Virus record (IMG/VR): IMGVR_UViG_3300037042_006844
Span: 62,001-126,000 of that record
Reading direction: 5' to 3' (one strand)
Length of the DNA: 64,000 nt
Below the pieces are notes generated by a model. That model was given only the letters and a program-made list of their open reading frames with translations, did not search any database and was not told the origin of the DNA. Position numbers and translations under genes: made by a program. Of this stretch, positions 19,140-29,515 are shown piece after piece. The first letter of the stretch is position 1; each line of letters starts with the position of its first letter.

Positions 19140-22100
19140 TTAGAAAAATTTTCTATAGTCTGAGAGCGAAAACCCTTCGCCCCAAGCTTTTCGCTTTGGT
19201 TCTGGCTTTGCCTCCGGGCGAGTTGCTTTTGTTGCTGCGCCCAATGTTTTAGATGTGTCTGTTGGCCCATCTGCTGGTTTCTCTGCTGGTTTCTCTGCTT
19301 TGCCAGCAGAAACGGCTGTGTTATAAATATTTTTTGGATTTTTGCGGTTAAACACTTGACGCAACGATCCAGCCACCGCAATGATGTCGGTCATAGCTTT
19401 TGTCAATTCTGTATTGAATGTCATAATCTCATTGCTGGTAACTTCTTTAAGAAAGTCCTTGTCTGCTTCAAGTTCTTTTTTAATGGCAGCGGGATTGCCA
19501 ACGCTTTGTTGGAAACCAGCCGAGCTTTTTACAATGGAATTATAAACTGAGTTCAGAAAAACTTTCAGTGCAACCAAACCTTTTGCATCGGTTGCTTTTG
19601 CTGCCATCAAAGTTTGAAGACGTTGCGGCAAATTTTTGAATACAGTGTCTGCTTTCAACGTTGCAAGTTGTTTGCTCAACTCGGGATTGCTATAACCAGT
19701 TGCTCCCGCTGCTGGTTTTGCACCTGCTGGTGCGCCAGCTTCTTTGAACACGTTCGGCTCTTCTTGATCCTCATCTCGCTCTTTTCGCTCTTTCCGAATT
19801 GGCATTCCCGCTGGCGCAGTTCCCGCTGGCTTTGGAGCGGGTGCTGGTGCTGCTGCTGGAGCGGATGCTGTTGGTGATCCAAGCAAATCTAAACCTTGTG
19901 TTGCTTTATCGACAATAGGGTTGACTTTACCATCCGTCTTTTTATTGACCACAACGTCACCCAGAGTATAGATATTGGTTGCCAAATCACGCAACACTGG
20001 TTTTGTCAATGTCGTTGGATTTGTGCGGTTCAACAATTCTCCAAGATCGATCATGCGTGACAAAAACACTTTGACAGTTTTGATTTTGTTTGCGTCCAAT
20101 GGAGTGTTACCACCTGGCAATGCTGCTGGAGGAGTTCCTGGAGGAGGAGTTGCTGGATTTGGGTCTTTCGGAGGATCAACTGGAATGGTTTTTGGATCAG
20201 TTGGTGCCGTTGGACTTGGATTAGGGTTGGCGGGCGTAGGCGTTTCTGTTGGAGGAACGGTCAACGGTTCTGGCAACGGCTTGCTTGCTTCGGGAGTTGC
20301 GCCATACAGCCAGCTTCTAACCTTCGTCAAATATGGATAAACGCCAGGGAATACTTTGTCTTTGGTTTTGAAAAAGTCCAGAATGTCTTTCTCGGTTTTC
20401 ATACCAAGCTGACTTTCCATATTATTCAAAAATTTCAAATAATCGCTCTCAACTTGTTTGTAATCGAGTCGGGCATTTTTACCACCGACTTTTGGACCAC
20501 CAAACATGAAATTCTTTGCAGCGGTCAATGGGTTGGCTTCTGAAATAATTGCCAATCCAGTTCCGTCTGCTTTCAATTCGGCTTTGAGGTAATCAATTTC
20601 GGCTTGTTGTTTTGACACCGCTCGCTCTTGCAATCCAAACTTTTTCTTCAAAGCACCAGTAACACCTTTGCGCATCATTTGGTTTGCAACGTTCGGGTTC
20701 GCCAACAATGCTTGTGCCTCTGCTGGAGTGGTAACGTTATTTAACCAACCGTTAATTGCTCGTTGAGGAATTCCAGTCTGTTGTTCTGCGCCCTTGATAT
20801 CACTGAAATCACGCAACGCATTCAATGCCGAAATTTTTGGTTGCAACGCTGCCATATTAACACTGGTTGGAGCCATTGCTGCTGCTGCTGCGCCGCCTCC
20901 TGGCAAACCTTGATTTGCAGCCAACGCAGACACATTGTTGGGGTCTGTGCCAGCTAATGGATATTCTCCAGTTGGTTGCGCGTCAAGGGAAGCTTGAGCT
21001 GGGTCTGTTGTTGCGAATGGATATGCTCCAGGGCCTTCACCATCAACGGGTGCTACTGGTGCTGCGGATGTTACGGCATCGTCACCCGTGGCTGGAACAT
21101 CCGTCCCAGCCATACTCGAAGCATCGCCAGTCTCGCCAGTAGCAGGAGTGTCGCCAATGCTATACTCTGCTTCTGGATCTGGAACGGGTTCGGAATACGG
21201 AACGTCTGTTCCCGCTGCTTGTGAAGGATCGGTGGTTCCAGTTACACCACTAGCTGGATCATCACCGATGCTATAATCTGCGGCTGGACTTGCTGGACCT
21301 GGCAATGCGGCTCCACCTGGATCGGCACCACCCAGCCAGCCAGCAATTTGGTCATAAAACATACCCAGCAATTTACCAACGGCAATACCAGAACCAGACA
21401 CCATTGCACCTTTCGCAGCAGCTTGAGCAGGAGTTTCACCTTTGACCATGCCCAAAAGAGTTCTTAAAGCTGTGCCGATCAAGAATTTTTTAAGAAGCGG
21501 AATAGCCACCAAGGCTCCGCCTCCGCTAGAAAGTGCCATAACAGACACCAAACCTCCCACAATCATATTGGATAGTGTAGGATGTTGACGAGCAAAAATA
21601 CCCAACTCGTCGAGAATATTGTCGGCACCTTTAACCAGACCAGTGCTGCGCAATTTATCGATCAACTGTTGAATGTGACCCATACCAGCTTGAACTTCTG
21701 CCGGTGTAGGAGGAGCACTCAACTTGGGATTTTTGGAAAGATTGGCGAAACGTTTACCAATCAAAGCACCAACTTTATCAATATTGACTGGATTGGTTTT
21801 TTGATCTTCGGCAGTCGGTGTAAATGGACTTGGTCCACCACCAACAATTTTCTCCGTATTCTTTTTGAGAGTGCCAAACAAATTTTGAACCATTTGTTGG
21901 TTTTTAGCATCGCCAAACCCCTTGCCTAGCGGCGTTGTCATGTAGGATTTGGCACGGGCTAAACCACGTTGGAAAATATCTTCTTTTAGAACTGGGTGCT
22001 CATTAAGATATTCGCACAAAATATCTACTTGAATGTCGTGAGCAGTTTGTTCACCCAACTGAATAGCGTAATACAGGTTTTGTTTTTTGTCCAAACCTGA

Positions 22101-22205
22101 ATAAATTTCAGAGAGTAGTTTTTTAGAAGTGGATTGTGAAGCAACGAACTCGGTGACGAGATTCCTTACTAAAGTATCTTTTGCTAGTTGTTTGAATTGT
22201 GCCAT
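19140..22205 (-). CDS. large Pro/Ala-rich hypothetical protein (probable virion/internal protein)
   Basis: 1021 aa, hydrophobic Gly-rich segment, internal YSIGD and TDP repeats. Confidence 0.75.
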   Translation of the reverse strand: MAQFKQLAKDTLVRNLVTEFVASQSTSKKLLSEIYSGLDKKQNLYYAIQLGEQTAHDIQVDILCEYLNEHPVLKEDIFQRGLARAKSYMTTPLGKGFGDAKNQQMVQNLFGTLKKNTEKIVGGGPSPFTPTAEDQKTNPVNIDKVGALIGKRFANLSKNPKLSAPPTPAEVQAGMGHIQQLIDKLRSTGLVKGADNILDELGIFARQHPTLSNMIVGGLVSVMALSSGGGALVAIPLLKKFLIGTALRTLLGMVKGETPAQAAAKGAMVSGSGIAVGKLLGMFYDQIAGWLGGADPGGAALPGPASPAADYSIGDDPASGVTGTTDPSQAAGTDVPYSEPVPDPEAEYSIGDTPATGETGDASSMAGTDVPATGDDAVTSAAPVAPVDGEGPGAYPFATTDPAQASLDAQPTGEYPLAGTDPNNVSALAANQGLPGGGAAAAAMAPTSVNMAALQPKISALNALRDFSDIKGAEQQTGIPQRAINGWLNNVTTPAEAQALLANPNVANQMMRKGVTGALKKKFGLQERAVSKQQAEIDYLKAELKADGTGLAIISEANPLTAAKNFMFGGPKVGGKNARLDYKQVESDYLKFLNNMESQLGMKTEKDILDFFKTKDKVFPGVYPYLTKVRSWLYGATPEASKPLPEPLTVPPTETPTPANPNPSPTAPTDPKTIPVDPPKDPNPATPPPGTPPAALPGGNTPLDANKIKTVKVFLSRMIDLGELLNRTNPTTLTKPVLRDLATNIYTLGDVVVNKKTDGKVNPIVDKATQGLDLLGSPTASAPAAAPAPAPKPAGTAPAGMPIRKERKERDEDQEEPNVFKEAGAPAGAKPAAGATGYSNPELSKQLATLKADTVFKNLPQRLQTLMAAKATDAKGLVALKVFLNSVYNSIVKSSAGFQQSVGNPAAIKKELEADKDFLKEVTSNEIMTFNTELTKAMTDIIAVAGSLRQVFNRKNPKNIYNTAVSAGKAEKPAEKPADGPTDTSKTLGAATKATRPEAKPEPKRKAWGEGFSLSDYRKFF

Positions 22206-22370
22206 AAATATGTCTGGTTAACATATAAATATATGAAAAATTGAGACGGGGGAAAAAAAAGAAGAAAAAAAAGAAGAAAAAGAAGATCCTTCGCGTGAGA
22301 CTACCGTTTTGGGTGTTGACCTTTGGTTGTGATTTTTTGACGTTTTAAGTGAGTCTGCTATTTATATATA

Positions 22371-22916
22371 ATGGACCATATATATCAAAATCCACAATTT
22401 GGAGAAAACTGGTTCACGTATCCAAACCTTTACAGAGACATGGTAAAAAAATTTCCGTCTGGCAGTAAATTTGTTGAAATTGGATCGTGGAAAGGAAAAT
22501 CGGCTGCGTTCATGGCAGTAGAAATAGCCAACTCAGGAAAAAATATTGAATTCACATGCGTCGATACGTTTCACAACTGCCAATGGTTTCCTCTCCCAGA
22601 GGGAGCGCAGCTATATGACGTATTCAAAAATAATATGCGACCGTTGGAGCGATACTATCGGGATTTACGAATGTCATCTTTGGATGCCGCCAAATTGTTT
22701 GAAAATGCCTCTCTCGATTTTGTTTTCATCGATGCCCAGCACGAATACGAATTCGTAAAAAACGACATCGTTGCTTGGCTACCAAAAATTAAAGCTGGAG
22801 GAATTTTAGCTGGTCACGATTATCTAAAACAATGGTCTGGTATAATATCGGCAGTAAACGAATTGCTATCTCCGAAAATCGAAGTATCGGAGCTTTGTTG
22901 GATACACTCTGTATAA
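22371..22916 (+). CDS. class I SAM methyltransferase (Methyltransf_24-like)
   Basis: VEIGSWKGKS, FIDAQHEYE, GGILAGHDY. Confidence 0.9.
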   Translation: MDHIYQNPQFGENWFTYPNLYRDMVKKFPSGSKFVEIGSWKGKSAAFMAVEIANSGKNIEFTCVDTFHNCQWFPLPEGAQLYDVFKNNMRPLERYYRDLRMSSLDAAKLFENASLDFVFIDAQHEYEFVKNDIVAWLPKIKAGGILAGHDYLKQWSGIISAVNELLSPKIEVSELCWIHSV

Positions 22917-22954
22917 CAAAAAAAGCAACAAACTAAGTTTGTTGCTTCTTAAAT

Positions 22955-23029
22955 TGGCTGGCACTGTAGGACTTGCACCTACAATCTCTCGGTTCAGAGC
23001 CGATTGCGATTCTATTACGCTAAGTGCCA
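22955..23029 (-). tRNA. tRNA-Gln(CTG)
   Basis: cloverleaf, CCA. Confidence 0.82.
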
Positions 23030-23031
23030 AT

Positions 23032-23105
23032 TGGAGCCTAATACTGGAATCGAACCAGTGTTTGATCATTACGAGTGAACTGTTTTACCACTAAACTAAT
23101 CAGGC
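23032..23105 (-). tRNA. tRNA-Thr(CGT)
   Basis: cloverleaf, CCA. Confidence 0.88.
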
Positions 23106-23139
23106 ATAAATGTATTCTCTGACAGATTTTTTCAAAAAA

Positions 23140-23213
23140 TGGAGCCTCCAGCGGGTAACGCTCCTGCGTTTCAGCTTTACCAAAGCCGTGTAATACTTTT
23201 ATACTATGGAGGC
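23140..23213 (-). tRNA. tRNA-Thr(GGT)
   Basis: cloverleaf, atypical T loop. Confidence 0.8.
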
Positions 23214-23331
23214 ATTGAAAGGGCGACGACACGTTTTTGGAACCATGTCGTCGCATCTCCCGTAATGACATTTTCGGCACTCATACGTCCAAATTGACGT
23301 TCCATAGTCATCACTCCCCTTCAGGAGAAAT

Positions 23332-23410
23332 TGGTAGGCATGGTAGGGATCGAACCTACATTGATCCAATTATACGCCAACTGTTTCGAAGACAGTGCTA
23401 TTACATGCCC
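23332..23410 (-). tRNA. D-armless tRNA-Arg(TCG)-like RNA
   Basis: Acceptor, anticodon and T arms intact; 7-nt linker instead of D arm; expanded variable region. Confidence 0.65.
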
Positions 23411-23453
23411 GTTCTAAATCTATATATACATATTACCAGACTTTTGATAGATG

Positions 23454-24611
23454 TCAATCCGAAAGTTTTGATAAAATCGCATCGACGTATTTATCCACTC
23501 TGGACTGTGCCATTTCTTGTGGTAAATTAGGTTCTGCTTGAATACGATCCAAATATCTTTGCATCCGCCCAAACAAATCTTCACAGTCAATTTCGTCTTT
23601 TGTCCAATGCCACGCTTTGAGAGCAGTTTCATAGTTGACGAGAATTTTGCAATATTTGAAAGCTATGTCGGGTCCACTCAAACGAAGGTATGTTGCTTCT
23701 TCAGACTCGATTGGATATCCAAAATGATATTGCGTATATCCGCCGCCGAAATGTAACATCTCCCGATCTTTATTGGCTATTGAATCGAAAACAACACTGT
23801 CTCCGTCAATACCTGGTATGGCAAACATGTTGGTCAAAATTGATGCATTGTCCATCGTTCCCATTTTATCGTCGCCATAAAACCGTCGAAAAAATGTTGA
23901 AAACATCCATAAAGTTTCATCTCCAGCACCATCACAAGTAATTTCCAAATCGATATCCTCAAATTTTGTGCCTTTTGGATACCGAGAATAGCCAAAAAAA
24001 TTGGACAGTTTAGATATGGCGCAATAATCCGATTGCCATTCTTCCCAAACTCGATTCACAACATACGATTTTATCAAACTACGATCATAACAATCCATGA
24101 TGTGTGATAAAGATTTAAGGTCTGTCAAGAACAAAAACGAATGATAATGTGATTGCGACTGATTGCAGAAAAGTGGTCTGTTGATCATATGCCCGAAGCA
24201 TTTGTAGTCGCCAATTTCTAGTTTTGAAAATATGCGGTCGATGTATCCTTTTTTCATTATCAATACATCTTCGTCCATAAAACACAAAGTAGCATCGGTG
24301 TGTCTATGAAATGCGACTTGAGCAGCATTATACAGAATGTGAGGGTGTGTAGATACGGTGCGATCATCTCTGAACGTATCAAAATAAAAATACCGCAGCT
24401 TATTGTTACCGTGCTTTTTGTTGGTCAAATCACATATTTTTTGGTTTGCGGAACCCAATTGAGGATGTGCATTGAATTTCGCGCCACCATTGGCTATATA
24501 AACTTCATCGACCTCATCCATGATGAACTGTTCATAAAACCTCACCCATAAATTGACCATTTGGGGATTTCCATAACCTGTTACTATTAAAACTCTTGGT
24601 TTATCACGCAT
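23454..24611 (-). CDS. GT-A fold glycosyltransferase-like protein
   Basis: LCFMDEDVLI DxD motif; paralog of 36979-38148. Confidence 0.55.
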   Translation of the reverse strand: MRDKPRVLIVTGYGNPQMVNLWVRFYEQFIMDEVDEVYIANGGAKFNAHPQLGSANQKICDLTNKKHGNNKLRYFYFDTFRDDRTVSTHPHILYNAAQVAFHRHTDATLCFMDEDVLIMKKGYIDRIFSKLEIGDYKCFGHMINRPLFCNQSQSHYHSFLFLTDLKSLSHIMDCYDRSLIKSYVVNRVWEEWQSDYCAISKLSNFFGYSRYPKGTKFEDIDLEITCDGAGDETLWMFSTFFRRFYGDDKMGTMDNASILTNMFAIPGIDGDSVVFDSIANKDREMLHFGGGYTQYHFGYPIESEEATYLRLSGPDIAFKYCKILVNYETALKAWHWTKDEIDCEDLFGRMQRYLDRIQAEPNLPQEMAQSRVDKYVDAILSKLSD

Positions 24612-24643
24612 ATGGCAATAAATAGACCACGCTCAAACGTAAA

Positions 24644-24720
24644 TGGCGGTCACAGTGGGATTTGAACCCACATTCGTCTCGTTAGGACCGAGATGCTGTA
24701 TCCATTTTAGCTATGCGACC
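24644..24720 (-). tRNA. tRNA-Arg(CCT)
   Basis: cloverleaf, CCA. Confidence 0.85.
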
Positions 24721-24721
24721 T

Positions 24722-25459
24722 TCAAAAAAGCTTTCCATTGTGGGACTTCAAATGATCAATCAATATTTGATTTTCTGAACCATGCGTCACTCCCAAAGTT
24801 TTATACCGAACCAGTTTTGCTTCTTCTTTTTCAAGCAGATTTCCAAACCATTTGAAATGGTGGGTAAAAGAAGGTTTTTCAAATTTCACGCCGACTCGAT
24901 TGTAATTTTCAGTGAAATGGTGTCCCGAACTGACTGCCATTGACTGTTTTGCCAACGTGACTTTGAAATCCCATGCTTTCAACAACGCACCCGTAAGGTT
25001 CATTTCTACTGGAAATTGCTCCCATATCGTTGGAGTAGGTGTTATATGCAACGGAATGCTACCATCCTGGGTAACACGATCCACCATCTGCCCCCACACA
25101 AAATCTGAATTTGACATGCTCACATCCCGTATTAAACTGTGCATGTCATCGTAACCGGGAGTAACATGAAGTTCATCCAAATCAGCTGGAATATACCAAT
25201 CAGTCGGAGACATTTCAAGCCTAACACGATTTGCGAACCGCGCATCCATGTCTGGACTGAATAAGTCGTTGCATGATGGGCAGACCCGAATATTACTATC
25301 CACGTATTGGAGCATTTCATTGTATGTGGGATTCTCTTTACCTCGACTCACACCAAACACAAAATCTGTAACGCCGATTTTTTTGTAATGGTCAATGAAA
25401 TGTGGGATCAATTCGATATTCGCATGAAGCGAGCAAATAACTGTAATATGTATTGGCAT
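24722..25459 (-). CDS. glycosyltransferase family 2-like protein
   Basis: LIPHFIDHY..IGV, WYIPADLDE, HHFKW. Confidence 0.8.
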   Translation of the reverse strand: MPIHITVICSLHANIELIPHFIDHYKKIGVTDFVFGVSRGKENPTYNEMLQYVDSNIRVCPSCNDLFSPDMDARFANRVRLEMSPTDWYIPADLDELHVTPGYDDMHSLIRDVSMSNSDFVWGQMVDRVTQDGSIPLHITPTPTIWEQFPVEMNLTGALLKAWDFKVTLAKQSMAVSSGHHFTENYNRVGVKFEKPSFTHHFKWFGNLLEKEEAKLVRYKTLGVTHGSENQILIDHLKSHNGKLF

Positions 25460-26228
25460 GATACATATAAATAGATTGGAATCTGATGTCGTGGATATTT
25501 GCAATTTGCGATGCAAACACTGCGCCCATTTTGCGCAGGTGTATAAAAAGAACCAATATTCGTTTGACGAGTTCAAAAACGACCTCAACGTTTTATCCAA
25601 AGTTCTTCACACCGACAGTTTTTATTTATGCGGAGGTGAGCCTTTGATGCTGGGGAAAAATGTTGAAAAATACATTGCCTGCATTCGTGAGTCGGGGATA
25701 TCGGATAAGGTTGGATTCATTACTAATGGAATACTTTTACCAAAATTTGAGCACGTCATACCTACTGTGGACGAAATAGTGTTATCCGTGTATAAAAGTC
25801 GCCATTACAATTCGTTGATCAAATGGATGGATGAAAAGCTGGACTTGTATCCAAACATTACTGTGGTAACGAGAAACACATTTGAAACTATTTACGATCC
25901 GAGCATGACCAAAGAGGAATCAGATTGCAGCTGGAAATATTGCGAAGCAAAAAAAACATGCAATTTTCTGTATAAAGGCAATTACTATAAATGCGCCCAG
26001 TCTATAAAAATACTTGATCTATTTAAGCATCTCGGAATGTCAAAGCCACCCATACAAACTGATAACGGTGTTGATTTATATGCAGAAAATCTCGAATCAA
26101 GACTGGCGACGTTTATCAACACTGACATCAAACTACACACTTGCAATGTTTGCAGAGTTGGATATCTTTGGGCGCCTGGAGGCAAAACTGAACCGTGGCG
26201 CGAGTTGACAGAGAATGAATTGGTGTGA
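25458..26228 (+). CDS. radical SAM protein
   Basis: CNLRCKHC, GGEP, ITNG, C-terminal Cys cluster. Confidence 0.9.
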   Translation: MIHINRLESDVVDICNLRCKHCAHFAQVYKKNQYSFDEFKNDLNVLSKVLHTDSFYLCGGEPLMLGKNVEKYIACIRESGISDKVGFITNGILLPKFEHVIPTVDEIVLSVYKSRHYNSLIKWMDEKLDLYPNITVVTRNTFETIYDPSMTKEESDCSWKYCEAKKTCNFLYKGNYYKCAQSIKILDLFKHLGMSKPPIQTDNGVDLYAENLESRLATFINTDIKLHTCNVCRVGYLWAPGGKTEPWRELTENELV

Positions 26229-26230
26229 TT

Positions 26231-26998
26231 TCAAAAAAGTCTGCCACCGTGGGATTTCAGATGATCGACCAACCTTTGGTTCTCCGTATAATAACCCAAC
26301 CCTAGATTTTTATACCGAGCCAATTTTGTTTCTTCTTTTTCAAGCAAATTTCCAAACCATTTGAAATGGTGGGTCAAAGATGACTTTTTGAATTGATAGT
26401 TTAGCCAACTATAACCGTCTCTGCAATGCTCTGACACTTTGTAGTATTCTGTCCAATGATGCCCTTCCCAAATTGCTATTGGTTGTTTGACAATCGAAAT
26501 TTTTTCATCGCACGCCCATAGCAACGATTTTGTGATATTCGTTTGATTCGGAAATTGCTCCCATATCGTTGGAGTAGGTGTTATGTGCAACGGAATGCTG
26601 CCATCGTGAGTGGTGCGGTCAACGAGCGTTCCTCTCAAAAAATCGGTGTTGAATAAATCCATATCGTGGATCAAATCGTGAACATTATCATACCCAGGAA
26701 CAACGTGAAACTCATCCAAATCAGCTGGAATATACCAATCATTCGGAGATAATTCTTCTCGGATGCGGTTTGCAAATGCCGCTTCTGGTGCTCCGCTCAA
26801 CGGTTCATCATACGATTTACATAGTCGAATAGTAGGATCATTGTATTGAGCGATTTGATCCCATACAGGGTTATTTACACCATTCCAAATTCCCAATACG
26901 AAATTGGTCACTCCAAACTTCTTATAGTGATCTAGGAAATGAGGAAGTAACTCTATATTAGTATGAATCGAGCAAATAACGGTGATATTTATTGGCAT
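26231..26998 (-). CDS. glycosyltransferase family 2-like protein
   Basis: Close paralog of 24722-25459. Confidence 0.8.
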   Translation of the reverse strand: MPINITVICSIHTNIELLPHFLDHYKKFGVTNFVLGIWNGVNNPVWDQIAQYNDPTIRLCKSYDEPLSGAPEAAFANRIREELSPNDWYIPADLDEFHVVPGYDNVHDLIHDMDLFNTDFLRGTLVDRTTHDGSIPLHITPTPTIWEQFPNQTNITKSLLWACDEKISIVKQPIAIWEGHHWTEYYKVSEHCRDGYSWLNYQFKKSSLTHHFKWFGNLLEKEETKLARYKNLGLGYYTENQRLVDHLKSHGGRLF

Positions 26999-27028
26999 GT
27001 ATATATATAGATTAGTCGGTTTGAAAAT

Positions 27029-28408
27029 ATGCTGATACCATTAATAATACCGCCCGCGCCTTATTTGACCAACCCAAAAGCTTTGATGCCGCTCGGGATA
27101 CTGTATGTTGCTGGTTACATCGAAAGTCAAAAAGATACTTGCGTGTTGATTGATTTGGGCGGCGTTGATGATTACGTGTCGCACACAATAAAAGAGCTTA
27201 AAAGCTTGCCGAAATTTTCTTATGTTGGCATAACCGCAACAACTGGGCAAATATATTATGTGTTGAAAATTGTAAAAGAGATTCGAAAAGAATTTCCAGA
27301 TGTGAAAATCATTGGTGGCGGACCGCATTTTACTCACGCTTGCATTGCCCATAAAAAGAATCCAACAAGAGTGCAAAAATTCGTTGACGATTTCAATCAA
27401 TATTTCGACACGTATGTTCTTGGAGACGGAGAAAAAGCATTTTATGAGGCAATGGCAACAAACAAAAAAGTTGTTGATGCAACGGCACCATCAAGTCCGT
27501 CATACATTTCCACAGAAGAATTGGTGAACCTACCGTTCCCAGCCAGACATTTGCTCGATATCAAATCATACCAATACGATTTTGGCTGCAAATCCGTGGT
27601 CACAAACAACGCCATTAGTTTGATGTCACAACGTGGATGCCCGTATGGATGCCGATTTTGTTCAAGCAGAGTGGACAGATATAGTCGGCTGATCCGAAAA
27701 TCACCAGTGGATAAAACAATAGATGAAGTCAGATTACTATATACCACTTATGGATATACGGACTTCGCATTTTATGACGATGAGTTGAATGTTCATCCAG
27801 AACTAAACTCATTTCTCACAAAATTCAAAGATATTCAAATGGAGCTTGGGGTTGAGTTTAGGTTCAGAGCGTTTTTGAAGTCCAACATTGTGACAAAAAA
27901 TCAAATGAAAGAGCTAAAAAATGCTGGCATGACTGTTGCCATCATCGGCGGCGAATCTGGTTCTGAAAGAATGCTTAAAAACATGAACAAAAAATCAACG
28001 GTTGAACAGAATACAAAATTTGTTGATTATGCCAAAGAATATGGTGTGTATGCAAAATGCATTATGTCATTGGGACATCCTGGAGAATCAGACGAAACTC
28101 TGCAAGAAACGGAAAACTGGCTGGAGAAAGTCCAACTAGCCGATGTCAATTTTACCATCATATCGTGCCTACCATCTTCATTCTATTATGATAGTGCTTT
28201 CAAAAGAGACGACGGCATTTGGGTTTATACTGTTCCAGAAACCAAAGATCGGTTATACAGTTTCGATGTGGATTTCCACTCCAAACCAAACATACTGAAT
28301 GGAAATTTGGATTATGGATACGAATCCACTGTGTATACAGACTTCTTAAAACCAGAAGATTTGGTTAAATGGCACTCTCATTTGGAGAGAAAATTCAAAC
28401 CCGCGTAA
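27029..28408 (+). CDS. B12-binding radical SAM protein
   Basis: PLGILYVAG, GGPH, GDGE, RGCPYGCRFC, ESGS. Confidence 0.92.
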   Translation: MLIPLIIPPAPYLTNPKALMPLGILYVAGYIESQKDTCVLIDLGGVDDYVSHTIKELKSLPKFSYVGITATTGQIYYVLKIVKEIRKEFPDVKIIGGGPHFTHACIAHKKNPTRVQKFVDDFNQYFDTYVLGDGEKAFYEAMATNKKVVDATAPSSPSYISTEELVNLPFPARHLLDIKSYQYDFGCKSVVTNNAISLMSQRGCPYGCRFCSSRVDRYSRLIRKSPVDKTIDEVRLLYTTYGYTDFAFYDDELNVHPELNSFLTKFKDIQMELGVEFRFRAFLKSNIVTKNQMKELKNAGMTVAIIGGESGSERMLKNMNKKSTVEQNTKFVDYAKEYGVYAKCIMSLGHPGESDETLQETENWLEKVQLADVNFTIISCLPSSFYYDSAFKRDDGIWVYTVPETKDRLYSFDVDFHSKPNILNGNLDYGYESTVYTDFLKPEDLVKWHSHLERKFKPA

Positions 28409-28426
28409 CGGATATAGGCAAAAAAA

Positions 28427-28504
28427 TGGCGGACACGGCAGGACTTGAACCTGCGACAAATCGCTTCGTAGGCGATTGCTCTAATCCAACTGAGCTACGT
28501 GTCC
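28427..28504 (-). tRNA. tRNA-Arg(ACG)
   Basis: cloverleaf, CCA. Confidence 0.92.
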
Positions 28505-28511
28505 GAAAAAA

Positions 28512-28589
28512 TGGTAACTCTGGTAGGGATCGAACCTACATTATCCAATTATGCGCTATCCGGATAGAAGCCGGTGCCATTACAGAGTC
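28512..28589 (-). tRNA. D-armless tRNA-Arg(TCT)-like RNA
   Basis: Same architecture as 23332-23410. Confidence 0.65.
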
Positions 28590-28598
28590 ATTGTAAAT

Positions 28599-28674
28599 TG
28601 GTTGCCCCAGTTGGCTTTGCTCCAACCACCTTCGCCTTATCAAGACGCTGCTCTACTAAATGAGCTATGGGGCA
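28599..28674 (-). tRNA. tRNA-Ile(GAT)
   Basis: cloverleaf, atypical T loop. Confidence 0.8.
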
Positions 28675-28683
28675 GTTATAAAT

Positions 28684-28758
28684 TGGCGGGCATAACGAGA
28701 ATCAAACTCGCCTTGTTCGATAGACAGTCGAACCGATGACTCAGCCTCTTCTATGCCC
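28684..28758 (-). tRNA. tRNA-Asp(GTC)
   Basis: ctGTCta, G73, weak D arm. Confidence 0.72.
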
Positions 28759-28860
28759 ATATTATGTATTTGATCTTTTGCCACGGAAGCTTTTCACACC
28801 GTGAATATTGCATCAAACACATAACAAAATTGGATTTTTCAAAGGATTTCACGTTTAACG

Positions 28861-28937
28861 TTCCTGTGATGGGATTTGAACCCACATCTATGCCCCACAC
28901 TGGGGTTGCTCTGTCTCTGCAATTGAGCTACACACGT
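28861..28937 (-). pseudogene. tRNA-like sequence, 5-nt anticodon loop, no CCA
   Basis: Good D and T arms, broken acceptor. Confidence 0.45.
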
Positions 28938-29012
28938 CTATCTTCTGAGTATAAATCACCAGTCATGAGCCGGTGCAAACCTCTTTGGTCAGCTTAACCA
29001 AATAACTTAAAT

Positions 29013-29088
29013 TGGGGTGATATATGGGTGCTGCCCCCATTCCTTCGGCTTCACAAGCCAAAATACTAGCTGGTATACGAATATCACC
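29013..29088 (-). tRNA. tRNA-His(GTG)
   Basis: G-1:C73, atypical T loop. Confidence 0.8.
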
Positions 29089-29110
29089 ATTGCTAAAACT
29101 GTCTTAAAAC

Positions 29111-29461
29111 TTATCGGTCATCCCGAATGTCTGGCATATCCACATCAACGGGTTCGCCAGAACTTGGATCGGGTTCGTTGTCAAGGAACGGTTGGATGCG
29201 ACTCCAATATTTATCTGACAACTTGCCGTAACCATGTCTCCACGCCATGCTTCTGGCGAGGTCTTCAATGGTTTCGTCCTTCCATCCGCGTTCTTGGCGC
29301 GTCTGCCAGAGTTGCTTTATAGTATTAGCAAGCTCTTCGTCGCTCATATAGGACAACCGTTGTTTGTGTTTAATTACGCTGCTTGGCATTCCGCCTTCGG
29401 CAACGTTTTCGTTCAGACGAAATACATTACCACCAGTTTTTTGATATAGTTTTTGGCTCAT
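29111..29461 (-). CDS. hypothetical protein
   Basis: TATTTATA motif before ATG. Confidence 0.6.
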   Translation of the reverse strand: MSQKLYQKTGGNVFRLNENVAEGGMPSSVIKHKQRLSYMSDEELANTIKQLWQTRQERGWKDETIEDLARSMAWRHGYGKLSDKYWSRIQPFLDNEPDPSSGEPVDVDMPDIRDDR

Positions 29462-29515
29462 ATAACATATAAATATGTTTGAACCTCATTAAAAAACAAA
29501 AATCACAAAAATCAA

